IMG/VR virus record: IMGVR_UViG_3300032770_000001
Location: 310,001-374,000 of that record
Length of the DNA stretch: 64,000 bases
Direction: 5' to 3' (one strand)
The notes beneath the pieces are model-generated. The model saw nothing but the letters and a program-made list of their open reading frames with translations, had not been told where the DNA came from and ran no database searches. The position numbers and the translations under genes were made by a program. Numbering within the stretch: position 1 is the first letter of the stretch; every line of letters starts with the position of its first letter. Of the stretch, positions 56,001 to 64,000 are shown piece after piece.

Positions 56001-56175
56001 TTCCCTTGCCTTTTCCTTTCTTCTTTTTGATGCCACTGACTTTGCCCTTGCGAGCACGAGAGCCTTGACATGCGTTGCGGTAAACGTTCTTCTTGCGTGC
56101 CTCTTTGGGACGCATAGAACAGAAAATACAACCGGGCTGATGACCATGACGATTAGCGTGTGCGTTTCCGGCCAT
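55981..56175 (-). CDS. small basic protein
   Basis: starts 3 nt after upstream stop; CxxC. Confidence 0.5.
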   Translation of the reverse strand: MAGNAHANRHGHQPGCIFCSMRPKEARKKNVYRNACQGSRARKGKVSGIKKKKGKGKGNGSQTS

Positions 56176-56178
56176 GGC

Positions 56179-56652
56179 TTAATCCCAGAGGTTGAAGTAG
56201 TATTCGTGAAAGAGCTTCATGCCCTCGTCGAATACCTTCTGATCTTCGTCGCGGTTGTCCCAATTGGACATCTCGTTGAGGCGGTGTGCTGCCTCAAACC
56301 CGGCGATCATTTTGTTGATGATGGTGTCCCAGTTTTTCTCGGCAATTTCGTGAGCTTCTTTGGTGGGATTGCCACAGGGCTTGATGTACTCCGGCCCTTC
56401 AGGGAAGCAGGCGAATGGAGTACCGATCTTAGTGTCGCGGAGGCGACGGAGAGCATCGGGCATCCAAGTGTTGAGGTACCAGTCGAGAGACCAGACATCG
56501 CGGTCAGCCCAGCCGCGAGAGCCGCGCTGGATGAACCATTTGATCTCTTTGTAGATGCGACGGGGCGTGCTGAAGCGACCCCAGCGGAAAAAGCGATAGA
56601 TTGCCCAGTACGCAGACACGTACCAAGCGTCTTTGGGTGTAGATGTAGCCAT
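56179..56652 (-). CDS. conserved phage hypothetical protein
   Basis: GAGGAGG RBS; 'QRGSRGWADRDVWSLD...YFNLWD'. Confidence 0.75.
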   Translation of the reverse strand: MATSTPKDAWYVSAYWAIYRFFRWGRFSTPRRIYKEIKWFIQRGSRGWADRDVWSLDWYLNTWMPDALRRLRDTKIGTPFACFPEGPEYIKPCGNPTKEAHEIAEKNWDTIINKMIAGFEAAHRLNEMSNWDNRDEDQKVFDEGMKLFHEYYFNLWD

Positions 56653-56808
56653 GCAAGGAACCCTCCTCAGAGTTCACTAATGAAACTTTTGCATGGTTAC
56701 CCCCTTTGAATGAGTGAGTTAGAAATGGTGAGGCAGGTGTCTTAGCTCTGTAATCCGCCTCTTCTCTCTACAATACTACCAGCTAGTCAGAAAATTTGGT
56801 TAATCGGC

Positions 56809-56844
56809 GAAAATAAAGGGGGCTTAGTGGTGAGCAGCCCCCTC
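56809..56844 (-). terminator. intrinsic terminator
   Basis: minus strand AGGGGGCT..AGCCCCCT followed by TTATTTT. Confidence 0.7.
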
Positions 56845-56954
56845 GTTTAGGTGACGCATACCGTGCCAGCCGGGTCATCCCGGAACCGGGTAGCCCTTCT
56901 GATGGCTTGCGGTAGCCAATATGAATAGTCTGTTGTTAAAGGTTTCAGTAGTTG

Positions 56955-57854
56955 TTACGAGTGGTGGTCAAGCGGCTCTTCGCCATGCTGCACTTTACGC
57001 TCGCGGTACTCGTGAATGTGATCCTCGTACCATTTGAAGCCCTCATCGAGCAGCTTGCGCATGATCTGCGGCTTCCCGGTCGCCCAATAGTAGCGCCACG
57101 ACAAGCGGTTATTCACCGCCGAATCATTCTGCCCATCCCAGCGGCGATCCTTCCACACGAAATCCTGCACCCCGTTGTTGCCGATTTGGGGATGCCAAAT
57201 GTGTAAGATTTGACCGGGCATGGTTTTGTGCGGAGCCCAGAGCGTGTCCATCGCTCGCATGGCGGCGTGGTCTTCACCGCCCCAGCCACGAAAGCGCGGG
57301 TCCCAGCCGCCCACCGCGTCGAACGCTTCACGGGGCATGATCTGGCACATCGCTCCGTACCAGTGTCCTTTGTCAGGCTCCCCCTTGTAGTAATGATCCT
57401 CGTTCGGAGGAGTAGGAAACTCCACCGGATGCTGAGGATCGGATGCCAAAATAAGTTCCGACGCAGCTTGTGTCAGACGGTAGAATTTACGATAGGGCAC
57501 GAACCACAACTTGTGCCCCTTCTTACGTGCCAGACGAATCTCTTCAACGCAAGCGAGGAGATCGTTGATTGCCATGTAACCATCGGCATCGATCAGCACC
57601 AGCACATCGCCCTTGGATTTGGCGACACCGTTGTTGATCGCCACACATTTGGAGAAAGGCACATTAAGATCGGGGTCTTCTCCCATGATGATCTCGGCAC
57701 CGGGAAGCTGTGCCTTCCAATACTTTTTCAGCCAGATGACGTTGCGAGCACGCGGATGCGTCGGATTAGGGCAGCGGAACGGAATGATGATGCTAATCCC
57801 GCGACCCTTCCGGAATTTCCCGAAGAACTCCATAATTGCGGCTAACCAAGTCAT
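56955..57854 (-). CDS. GT-A fold glycosyltransferase (GT2/GT7C-like)
   Basis: 'ISIIIPFR','NNG','IDAD','GGWDPRFRGWGGED','HIWH'. Confidence 0.85.
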   Translation of the reverse strand: MTWLAAIMEFFGKFRKGRGISIIIPFRCPNPTHPRARNVIWLKKYWKAQLPGAEIIMGEDPDLNVPFSKCVAINNGVAKSKGDVLVLIDADGYMAINDLLACVEEIRLARKKGHKLWFVPYRKFYRLTQAASELILASDPQHPVEFPTPPNEDHYYKGEPDKGHWYGAMCQIMPREAFDAVGGWDPRFRGWGGEDHAAMRAMDTLWAPHKTMPGQILHIWHPQIGNNGVQDFVWKDRRWDGQNDSAVNNRLSWRYYWATGKPQIMRKLLDEGFKWYEDHIHEYRERKVQHGEEPLDHHS

Positions 57855-58615
57855 TGTAGCAGCTTTCCTAACTCTCGATAAGCGTCGTAGATGGCAAATT
57901 TCACGTCCTCGACATGGAAGCGGCTCGGTGATTCTACGACCCCAGTCTTAAACTCCATTTGAATTGACGCACTATAATCGCGAAACTTGAAGTCCCCGCC
58001 GTCTCTGTCCATCGTCTTGGGAACTTCCACACGACGGGGGATTCCAAATCCATCCGCAACGATCATGCCATGCAGTGACGATGTCACAATCTTTTTACAA
58101 GCACCAATCTGACGAATCACGTCCAAAGGTTTCTGCTGCGGGTCAATGATTTTGATCTTAGTGCCCTGCGGCATGTTCATAAATCGCGGCACCAATTCCT
58201 TGTCTGTCCAATGAGCCACAATCCCCAAATCCCACTGTTTCTCCTGAGCCCCAACCAATTCGTCCGCCAGAATTCCGGGGTCACCGATGGCTGGGTTGCC
58301 CGGTACGCCTTTAGCCGTAAGCGGGCCACGGACGGCGAGAATTTTGGCTGTGACTCCCGATCTGTACTGCACCAGATGGAGACGGGAGTTTTCCATCAAA
58401 CGACCTGACCCTAAAATGTACCCATCCCAGAGCGGTGGAATGTGCTCCAGAATTGATCCTATGGATGCGATTTTTGAATGACTGACCGTACCCCATTCAG
58501 TCTTGACGTAAGCGAAGCGTTCGAGCAACAGCGGAGCGAGTTGGTCACCGAAATTCGGAACCTCGTTCCACCAGTAAGCTTTAATTGCAGGCTGTTTCTT
58601 GAATGGATTTTTCAC
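57851..58615 (-). CDS. polysaccharide pyruvyltransferase family protein
   Basis: 'NFGDQL','IGSI','AVRGPLT','GDPG','TSSLHG..AD.FGIP','FKF.DY'. Confidence 0.85.
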   Translation of the reverse strand: MKNPFKKQPAIKAYWWNEVPNFGDQLAPLLLERFAYVKTEWGTVSHSKIASIGSILEHIPPLWDGYILGSGRLMENSRLHLVQYRSGVTAKILAVRGPLTAKGVPGNPAIGDPGILADELVGAQEKQWDLGIVAHWTDKELVPRFMNMPQGTKIKIIDPQQKPLDVIRQIGACKKIVTSSLHGMIVADGFGIPRRVEVPKTMDRDGGDFKFRDYSASIQMEFKTGVVESPSRFHVEDVKFAIYDAYRELGKLLQ

Positions 58616-58685
58616 TTCTTCCCCTCACTTACGAGAGGGGTAGCCCCGCAGAAAATTCACTGACAAAAAAATTTTGGAAAGTCCA

Positions 58686-58712
58686 ATAAAAACGGGGTTC
58701 CGAAGAACCCCG
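58686..58712 (-). terminator. intrinsic terminator
   Basis: minus strand CGGGGTTC-TTCG-GAACCCCG followed by TTTTTT. Confidence 0.8.
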
Positions 58713-58736
58713 CTAGGCCAGAAATTTTAGGGAGGA

Positions 58737-59408
58737 TTAGTCGCCTTCGCCGGGAGCAGCGAATCCGGTTTCGATGGCTTGTTCCTCGGCAGTGTAGCTG
58801 TCGCCATCCGACAGCGTGACTGTTGGCGGCTCGGTGAACTGAGCTTCAACTTCGTTGCCGTTGAGAGTCAGTTCGGCTTCGCCTTCAACAGTTGTGCCAT
58901 CCTCAGCGGTGAGCTTCACGTTGGCGACTGCATCAGGAACATCCTCAGGCTCGTCAGTGTGAACGTGCTTGAAGTCTTTCGGCAGCTTGCAATCTTCGCG
59001 TGTGCACTCAGGCGTCTCCGTTGGAGCAGGCTTGACCTGCTGTGCTTGGGGCACCTGTTGCGGGTCACTGATCTCATAAGTGAAGACAAACGCCTCGGTC
59101 TCTTCCGGCTTCGTGCAACCTTCCGGCAGTTCCCACTTGATGAGGATGCGCTTGCCCTCGTACTTGGTCATCGTGTCCTTGTGAAGTTCGACCTTGTCGC
59201 CCTGCTTGGCAATCAGTGCGGCACACAAAGTGGATAGACGGCTGTTCTGCGTGTACAGTTCACGGGCTTGCGTAATGACTTGTCCAAGGGTCGTGCTGGG
59301 GTCAGTCTTCAGTGCTTCGAGTTCTGCTTCAAGTTGCTGGCAGTATTTCTGAAGCGGCTTCAGGTACATCTTGGTGATAGCTTTGTTGCGCTTGTTGTTG
59401 CGTCCCAT
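58737..59408 (-). CDS. hypothetical protein (coiled-coil, acidic tail)
   Basis: AGGA RBS; terminator downstream. Confidence 0.7.
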   Translation of the reverse strand: MGRNNKRNKAITKMYLKPLQKYCQQLEAELEALKTDPSTTLGQVITQARELYTQNSRLSTLCAALIAKQGDKVELHKDTMTKYEGKRILIKWELPEGCTKPEETEAFVFTYEISDPQQVPQAQQVKPAPTETPECTREDCKLPKDFKHVHTDEPEDVPDAVANVKLTAEDGTTVEGEAELTLNGNEVEAQFTEPPTVTLSDGDSYTAEEQAIETGFAAPGEGD

Positions 59409-59420
59409 AGTTTTCCTATC

Positions 59421-59576
59421 TTACGCTGTTTTCTCGATTGCTTCCACGATCTGCATTGGGTCCATGTCATCGAAGGTGTGCCCCTCGTACCATTGCTGAG
59501 CCAGTTCGATGCCTTTGATGACCTGTTCTTGGGTGTAGGTTACAACCGGGTCGAGAGTGTCGTCGCCGAATGCCAT
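59421..59576 (-). CDS. small acidic protein (51 aa, absent from ORF track)
   Basis: GAGGA RBS; MAFGDDTLDPVVTY... Confidence 0.6.
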   Translation of the reverse strand: MAFGDDTLDPVVTYTQEQVIKGIELAQQWYEGHTFDDMDPMQIVEAIEKTA

Positions 59577-59577
59577 G

Positions 59578-59742
59578 TTATTCCTCTTCTGAATCGCTAC
59601 AGTGAGCGAAGAGTAGTTTCCAGTTGTGCGTCAGATCGCTCTGTGCCATCTGGATCGCCTGCTGGATAGCTTCTTCCTCAGTCTCCGCTTCAACCGAGTA
59701 GTAGCTTTGAGCTTCGAGTTCGATGTCGAAACTTTTCAGCAT
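59578..59742 (-). CDS. small protein (54 aa, absent from ORF track)
   Basis: TAATG coupling; 'VEAETEEEA' motif common in small phage proteins. Confidence 0.6.
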   Translation of the reverse strand: MLKSFDIELEAQSYYSVEAETEEEAIQQAIQMAQSDLTHNWKLLFAHCSDSEEE

Positions 59743-60059
59743 TACTTGGTTTCTGCTTTCTTGGTTTTCTTCGCACGCGGCTTTGGAACCTTCTTGCCGT
59801 ATTGCGGGTTCTTGCTCATGACGCGGGTGACCGGGTCAACGAGCCATTGACGGTTATCGATTTCGCCGGGTTGCGGCGGTGCATTCGGATCGACCGGGCC
59901 GCCCTTTTGTCCGAAAAGGCGAACCTTGCTGTCGAATAGTGGTTGATACTGGCATTCGATCCCCAGTGTGTCCTCGAAGGTGTCAATCCCGGTTTTCTTC
60001 ACCGGGTTGCCGTCGTAGAGGAAGCGTCCGCCGACCGGAATTTTTTCCCAATTGGACAT
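59742..60059 (-). CDS. hypothetical protein
   Basis: AGGAG RBS before MSNWEK. Confidence 0.7.
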   Translation of the reverse strand: MSNWEKIPVGGRFLYDGNPVKKTGIDTFEDTLGIECQYQPLFDSKVRLFGQKGGPVDPNAPPQPGEIDNRQWLVDPVTRVMSKNPQYGKKVPKPRAKKTKKAETK

Positions 60060-60070
60060 GGTGTCTCCTG

Positions 60071-60277
60071 TTAAACGCTGAGGGTAGTGTTCGTCGGGTC
60101 GAAGTTGATGTTGAAGCTGCAACTGCGAGTGACGCCGTCGTACAGACCCTTGGCGATGTCGCGGACGACGCGCTCGGTCTCACCCTTAGTAAGACCACGG
60201 CTGCCCGTGTTCACTTTGGCTTTGACTTCGAGGCTGATTTCGCCATCGCGACCTTTTATGATGATAGTGCGTTTCAT
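60071..60277 (-). CDS. hypothetical protein
   Basis: GAGGT RBS. Confidence 0.6.
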   Translation of the reverse strand: MKRTIIIKGRDGEISLEVKAKVNTGSRGLTKGETERVVRDIAKGLYDGVTRSCSFNINFDPTNTTLSV

Positions 60278-60309
60278 GATGAATACCTCTTTCCTACAAT
60301 ACCGAATTC

Positions 60310-62067
60310 CTACATCAATTCTTCCACAATATCTGAAGTTTCTTTAGGTTTCTCAGGCTCCGACTCAGGGATCGGGACGCCGTGGTCCGTCAGGAACTTC
60401 TTAGCCAACAGTTTGATGTGATCCGGGTCAATCTGAAGCTTAGTGACCAAATCCTGATTCGGGTCTCGTATACCCTCCACTTGTTGCTTCTTCAGCCCCA
60501 GCACGTCCACGATGACCGGATCGCTGCCTTGCTCGGCAATCAGATAGTAAACGACCACGGGCTCATCCTGTCCATCGCGGTGAATACGACCGATGCATTG
60601 CTCGTGCACGCCGGGGCTCCAATCCAGTTCGCCGAAAACGGCGATGTGGCAGACATCCTGCAAACCATCCATTCCGGCTCCAGCCCGAAGGCTGATGATG
60701 AGCACCTTGGCTTGGCCGTCAATGAAGGCTTGCTTGGACTTTTCCTTTTGGGTGGGGGATTCCGACCCAGTGAACATGACCGGGTTGAGGTCCTTGAGCT
60801 TCTCTTTCCAAATCTCGTAGACTTCCCGGTGCCAACCATACAGTACCACCTGCTCGCCCTCTTCCACAAGCATCCGGACGAAGTCGGCAACGAAGGGGGC
60901 TTTGGCGATGCCAGTCGCCTGCCGGGTGAGCATGTCGAATTCCCCGGCTGCCTGCATTTTCTGACCGATGAAGCTTTGACCGCTTTGCAAAATGATCTTG
61001 GCAAGCTCGATAGCCTGACCGCGCAACTTTTGGAAGACTTCGGGGTTGCAGTCGATCTCGTGCGGAACTACAGTGACCTCCGGCAGTTCACGCTTCACTT
61101 CCTTACGAGTACGCCGTAGCATGAGTCCGGTCTGTCGGGCGAAAGTGCCGAATGCTGCCGGGTCTTTGATCGTGACCTTGTTGTACTCGTAGTCGCACCA
61201 TTCGCGGCGGAACTCCTCCCATTCACCGAGGGCGTCCGGGCAGAGCACGCTCAGGACGTTATAGATTTCCCCGCCGTAATTGTAGATCGGGGTCGCCGAC
61301 AGTCCGAGGCGGTAATCGCAATGCTTGGCGATGTGCTTTGCTGCACGGTATTTCCCGGTGTCGTCATGGCGTAGTTCTTGCACTTCATCGAAAACCACTG
61401 ACCGGATCAGACTCTTCTCGCCGCATAGGGTTTCCGCCCACCCAGCCAGCTTGTGGTAGTTGGAGATGATGACATCGGGGAACTCGCCCTTGGTGAACTT
61501 CAGGAGATCGTAAGGTGTACCTTTTCTCAGGACATGGCACTTCAGATCAGTGAACTTCGCCAGTTCTTTCTTCCATTGCGGCGGCAGGTGCGGTAGGGTA
61601 ACCACCAGCGCGGGGAGTGTGACGGGGCGGGTGAATCCGCAGAACGATGTGGCGGTCTTGCCGAGTCCTACGTCATCCGCCAATAGGAGCCCGTGAGCCG
61701 CCAGCCACAGTTCGGCTGCGGTTGCCTGATATTCACGGGCAGGCAACTTCATCTTGAATTCCTGCCGTTCCTTCATCCCGGCAAGAATAGATTCTACGAG
61801 GCTCTGCCGCTCCCGGTGCTTGTCAGCCTGCTCGTGGAGGAACTCTGAGGGCCGAACCTCCATGGGATATCTAACAAGGAACGCTTCAAGATCGCGACAG
61901 TTCTCCGGAGTTGCGGTGATCCGGAGAAGATCGAACTGGTAGACATCAACCTTTGCGAACCATCGCTTAAAGCGTAGGGCAACGTGCGGCTCCGTTTTGA
62001 CTTCCCAGATACGGAGCGCCTTGTTGTACGTGCAGGTGCCATATAATTTAACTCCAGTCGTCGCCAT
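60310..62067 (-). CDS. SNF2-family (SF2) helicase/ATPase
   Basis: 'LADDVGLGKT','FDEVQ','LSATP','GMDGLQ','QCIGRIHRDGQ'. Confidence 0.9.
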   Translation of the reverse strand: MATTGVKLYGTCTYNKALRIWEVKTEPHVALRFKRWFAKVDVYQFDLLRITATPENCRDLEAFLVRYPMEVRPSEFLHEQADKHRERQSLVESILAGMKERQEFKMKLPAREYQATAAELWLAAHGLLLADDVGLGKTATSFCGFTRPVTLPALVVTLPHLPPQWKKELAKFTDLKCHVLRKGTPYDLLKFTKGEFPDVIISNYHKLAGWAETLCGEKSLIRSVVFDEVQELRHDDTGKYRAAKHIAKHCDYRLGLSATPIYNYGGEIYNVLSVLCPDALGEWEEFRREWCDYEYNKVTIKDPAAFGTFARQTGLMLRRTRKEVKRELPEVTVVPHEIDCNPEVFQKLRGQAIELAKIILQSGQSFIGQKMQAAGEFDMLTRQATGIAKAPFVADFVRMLVEEGEQVVLYGWHREVYEIWKEKLKDLNPVMFTGSESPTQKEKSKQAFIDGQAKVLIISLRAGAGMDGLQDVCHIAVFGELDWSPGVHEQCIGRIHRDGQDEPVVVYYLIAEQGSDPVIVDVLGLKKQQVEGIRDPNQDLVTKLQIDPDHIKLLAKKFLTDHGVPIPESEPEKPKETSDIVEELM

Positions 62068-62770
62068 AGTCTTGACGTTGAATCCACTGTCCCCACAGGC
62101 TTCGTTTGATGACCATCGCGTAGGTGAAAAGAGTGTCGTGGTTGGGGCTCCACATTTGCACATGCCCGTGGACGATCTGAACGTTCACGTCATAGTTCAA
62201 CTGCTTAAAGGTTTTCCACTCGCGTTTCGGTTCTCCGAAAGCTTTGTGAATCCCATGCGATGTGTTCCGGATATAGCCGCCGAACGAAAGCCGCAGGTCT
62301 GGATCGGTCAGGTAATTCTCAGGGTGTGACGCCGGGAAGCCGGGTGGGACATCGAATGCCACGCGAACCTCATCCATGTTGAACCCGCCTTTGGGCAAAG
62401 GCATCGTCCACGACACCGTGAACCAACCGTACTTGTGATCCGCCAGCGTGGTCAACAATTTACCGTCTTTGTCGTAGGCAACGGTGTCCGGGAATTTCGC
62501 ACGAAGCTGAGCCAACTGCTCGTCCATAGTGGGCGGCGGTGGAGGCGGAATATACTTCTTGCTGATCTTGAAGTCGTGTGTCTTGCTCAGGTTCTCCAGC
62601 GATTGGTTCGCTGCATCGTGCTCTTCGCAGCACGCCAGCCCCTCGCGGAAGGTGCCTTGGTCATCTGTCCAGAACGTCACGAAACAGCCGCAGGTGAACT
62701 CCAGTGTTCTGCCGAACGACGTTCCAGTGGTGCCATAGCCGTATTCGAGCTTACTGCACACGTTGTCCAT
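62048..62770 (-). CDS. Zn-binding N-domain + prokaryotic E2/UBC-like domain protein
   Basis: 'VAFDVPPGFPASHP..DPDLRL..WSPNHDTLFTY..IKRSL' resembles Prok-E2 family E; Pro linker. Confidence 0.55.
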   Translation of the reverse strand: MDNVCSKLEYGYGTTGTSFGRTLEFTCGCFVTFWTDDQGTFREGLACCEEHDAANQSLENLSKTHDFKISKKYIPPPPPPTMDEQLAQLRAKFPDTVAYDKDGKLLTTLADHKYGWFTVSWTMPLPKGGFNMDEVRVAFDVPPGFPASHPENYLTDPDLRLSFGGYIRNTSHGIHKAFGEPKREWKTFKQLNYDVNVQIVHGHVQMWSPNHDTLFTYAMVIKRSLWGQWIQRQDYGDDWS

Positions 62771-63681
62771 TAACTGCCTACCTTGGAGCCGTCCAGCCAC
62801 TCAAACTCGCCCTGTTCGCCAACTGGGAGATACTTGCTGCAACCACAACAAAACGTGGAGCCATAGAATTCAGGGTCGCGAGCATAAGTTTCAGCGATAG
62901 CCTGCCCCATACTGGTGATGGTGCCGCAGCCGGAGTTCAACTGTGCCTGTGTCCAGAAACGACCGACAAGATTGCTGTCTTCGCGCTCCGGATACTTTTC
63001 GTAAGCGACATAGTCCCACTTTGCGTACTGGATTTTCTCTTCGTCCGTCAAAGGACGAGTCGGATACTTGGGACGCACGCCGACGTGTTTGTAGGAGAGG
63101 CGCACCGGGCGAATAAACCCCTTCGAACGTTCAGTCTCGGATAGGACCCAATGATCTTTGTGCTGCCCGGTGACTGGGTCGATGGGTTGCGGGGCTGAGC
63201 CATATTTATCGACGTAGTCCGGATCAGCCGGACGCCCGGATGCGGTGACGCGACGGCTTTCGAAGCTCCCCTTGCCGGGATCGGCGGGACATTCTTCGGT
63301 CTTTTCCTTGGGGAAGATTTCGCCGTCCTCAAACAGAGCACGAATCTTCTCCTGCTCTTCATCAAGCTGCTTCTGGAGTTCCGGCGTCATGGCAACGTTG
63401 CCGCCCCAGCTATTTATGGATTCCATGCCACGGGCTTTTTCAGCGGGACAGGGGAGAAGCGGACGCCCGTCAGTTACAGTGTCGTTGCTGTGTCCGGTGA
63501 AGGCGATGCCCCACAGTTGACGAAGTTCTTGCCAGTCTGGATGACGATCACAGTATTCGCATTCGCCGGGGGCGTGCAGGACACGTTGATCGCAGTGTGG
63601 AACTTGACCGATATGTTCAAAGCGGCTCATACCAGTACAATACTCAAAGCCCTCTGAAATATTCTGCCATTTGTGGGGCAA
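62770..63681 (-). CDS. conserved phage hypothetical protein (two Zn-binding domains)
   Basis: 'PHCDQRVLHAPGECEYCD' and 'VLSE.ER.KGF.RPVR..CG..T.M...IAETYARDP.FYGSTFC..C'; start uncertain. Confidence 0.7.
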   Translation of the reverse strand: MPHKWQNISEGFEYCTGMSRFEHIGQVPHCDQRVLHAPGECEYCDRHPDWQELRQLWGIAFTGHSNDTVTDGRPLLPCPAEKARGMESINSWGGNVAMTPELQKQLDEEQEKIRALFEDGEIFPKEKTEECPADPGKGSFESRRVTASGRPADPDYVDKYGSAPQPIDPVTGQHKDHWVLSETERSKGFIRPVRLSYKHVGVRPKYPTRPLTDEEKIQYAKWDYVAYEKYPEREDSNLVGRFWTQAQLNSGCGTITSMGQAIAETYARDPEFYGSTFCCGCSKYLPVGEQGEFEWLDGSKVGS

Positions 63682-63940
63682 TGTCGATTACTTCTGTCCG
63701 GCAGCCGTTACAAACAAAACTCACGGTCGGACCGTTGCCAAGACCCGGCGACTCGTAGAGGAAGGTTGCGATCTTTGAACAGCGGTCGCTACCGTAAGCG
63801 CAGGGGATGTTCATATCCCGCGTTAGAGAAACGAATGCAAGAGATGGACATGGTAAATCGTCTTGCCGTTCATCTCCGCTGGCAGGCTTAGGTGTTTGCT
63901 GCGGGTCGTCACTAGGATCAAAGATTGAATTTCCGAACAC
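63644..63940 (-). CDS. hypothetical protein
   Basis: GGAG upstream of GTG; Cys motifs. Confidence 0.45.
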   Translation of the reverse strand: MFGNSIFDPSDDPQQTPKPASGDERQDDLPCPSLAFVSLTRDMNIPCAYGSDRCSKIATFLYESPGLGNGPTVSFVCNGCRTEVIDIAPQMAEYFRGL

Positions 63941-64000
63941 TTGCTATATCTCCAAAGCTGCCGCGTCACTAAAGACTGCGACGAATCCACCTTCACTTCA

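Noticed and set aside
1-64000. Alternative genetic code (stop-codon reassignment), as seen in some large phages
   Set aside because: Genes are long and densely packed under code 11, and TAA, TAG and TGA all end genes that abut the next start.
1-64000. CRISPR array, tRNA or rRNA genes
   Set aside because: No regularly spaced repeats and no cloverleaf/T-loop in the few intergenic gaps that I could recognise by eye; tRNAscan was not run.

Overview
64 kb of a large (jumbo-type) tailed bacteriophage genome in the standard genetic code. The likely host is Acidobacteriota, inferred from a stand-alone ClpB-D2-type AAA+ gene and a secreted protein with an 'LGDVAR' motif. Layout: (1) 1-17.7 kb, + strand: dense small accessory genes including Pth2-like, L7/L12-CTD-like, macrodomain-like, ATP-grasp, minimal ATP-dependent DNA ligase, DUF262, HicA-like, HNH-RNA ligase, SET, HAD-like and ParB-like/alpha-CTD genes. 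(2) A DNA amino-methyltransferase + GNAT pair on the - strand. (3) 19.5-28.1 kb: five Thr/Ser/Gly-rich putative virion fibre/decoration genes with shuffled domains. (4) HD hydrolase, RNAP alpha-CTD protein, Clp ATPase and a holin-like gene. (5) 32.4-53.7 kb, - strand: four very large 'polyvalent' proteins (3659, 1262, ~1489 and 523 aa) plus a JAB peptidase. Together these string about 40 modules: ~16 ADP-ribosyltransferase-like, 4 GNAT, 4 ParB-like, NUDIX, 2H phosphoesterase, SprT-like protease, transglutaminase-like, GIY-YIG-like, pyrophosphatase and RelA/SpoT. (6) Metallophosphoesterase, glycosyltransferase + pyruvyltransferase, SNF2 helicase and an E2-like gene. The most striking observation is that nearly every module boundary in the giant proteins carries a short K-x-(A/G/S) motif (KTA, KTG, KTS, KVA, KLA, KQA, KFA). 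This suggests polyproteins that are proteolytically cut into an arsenal of separate effectors. All domain calls come from motif reading only; no database searches were run, and module coordinates are approximate. No tRNA, rRNA or CRISPR array was recognised.
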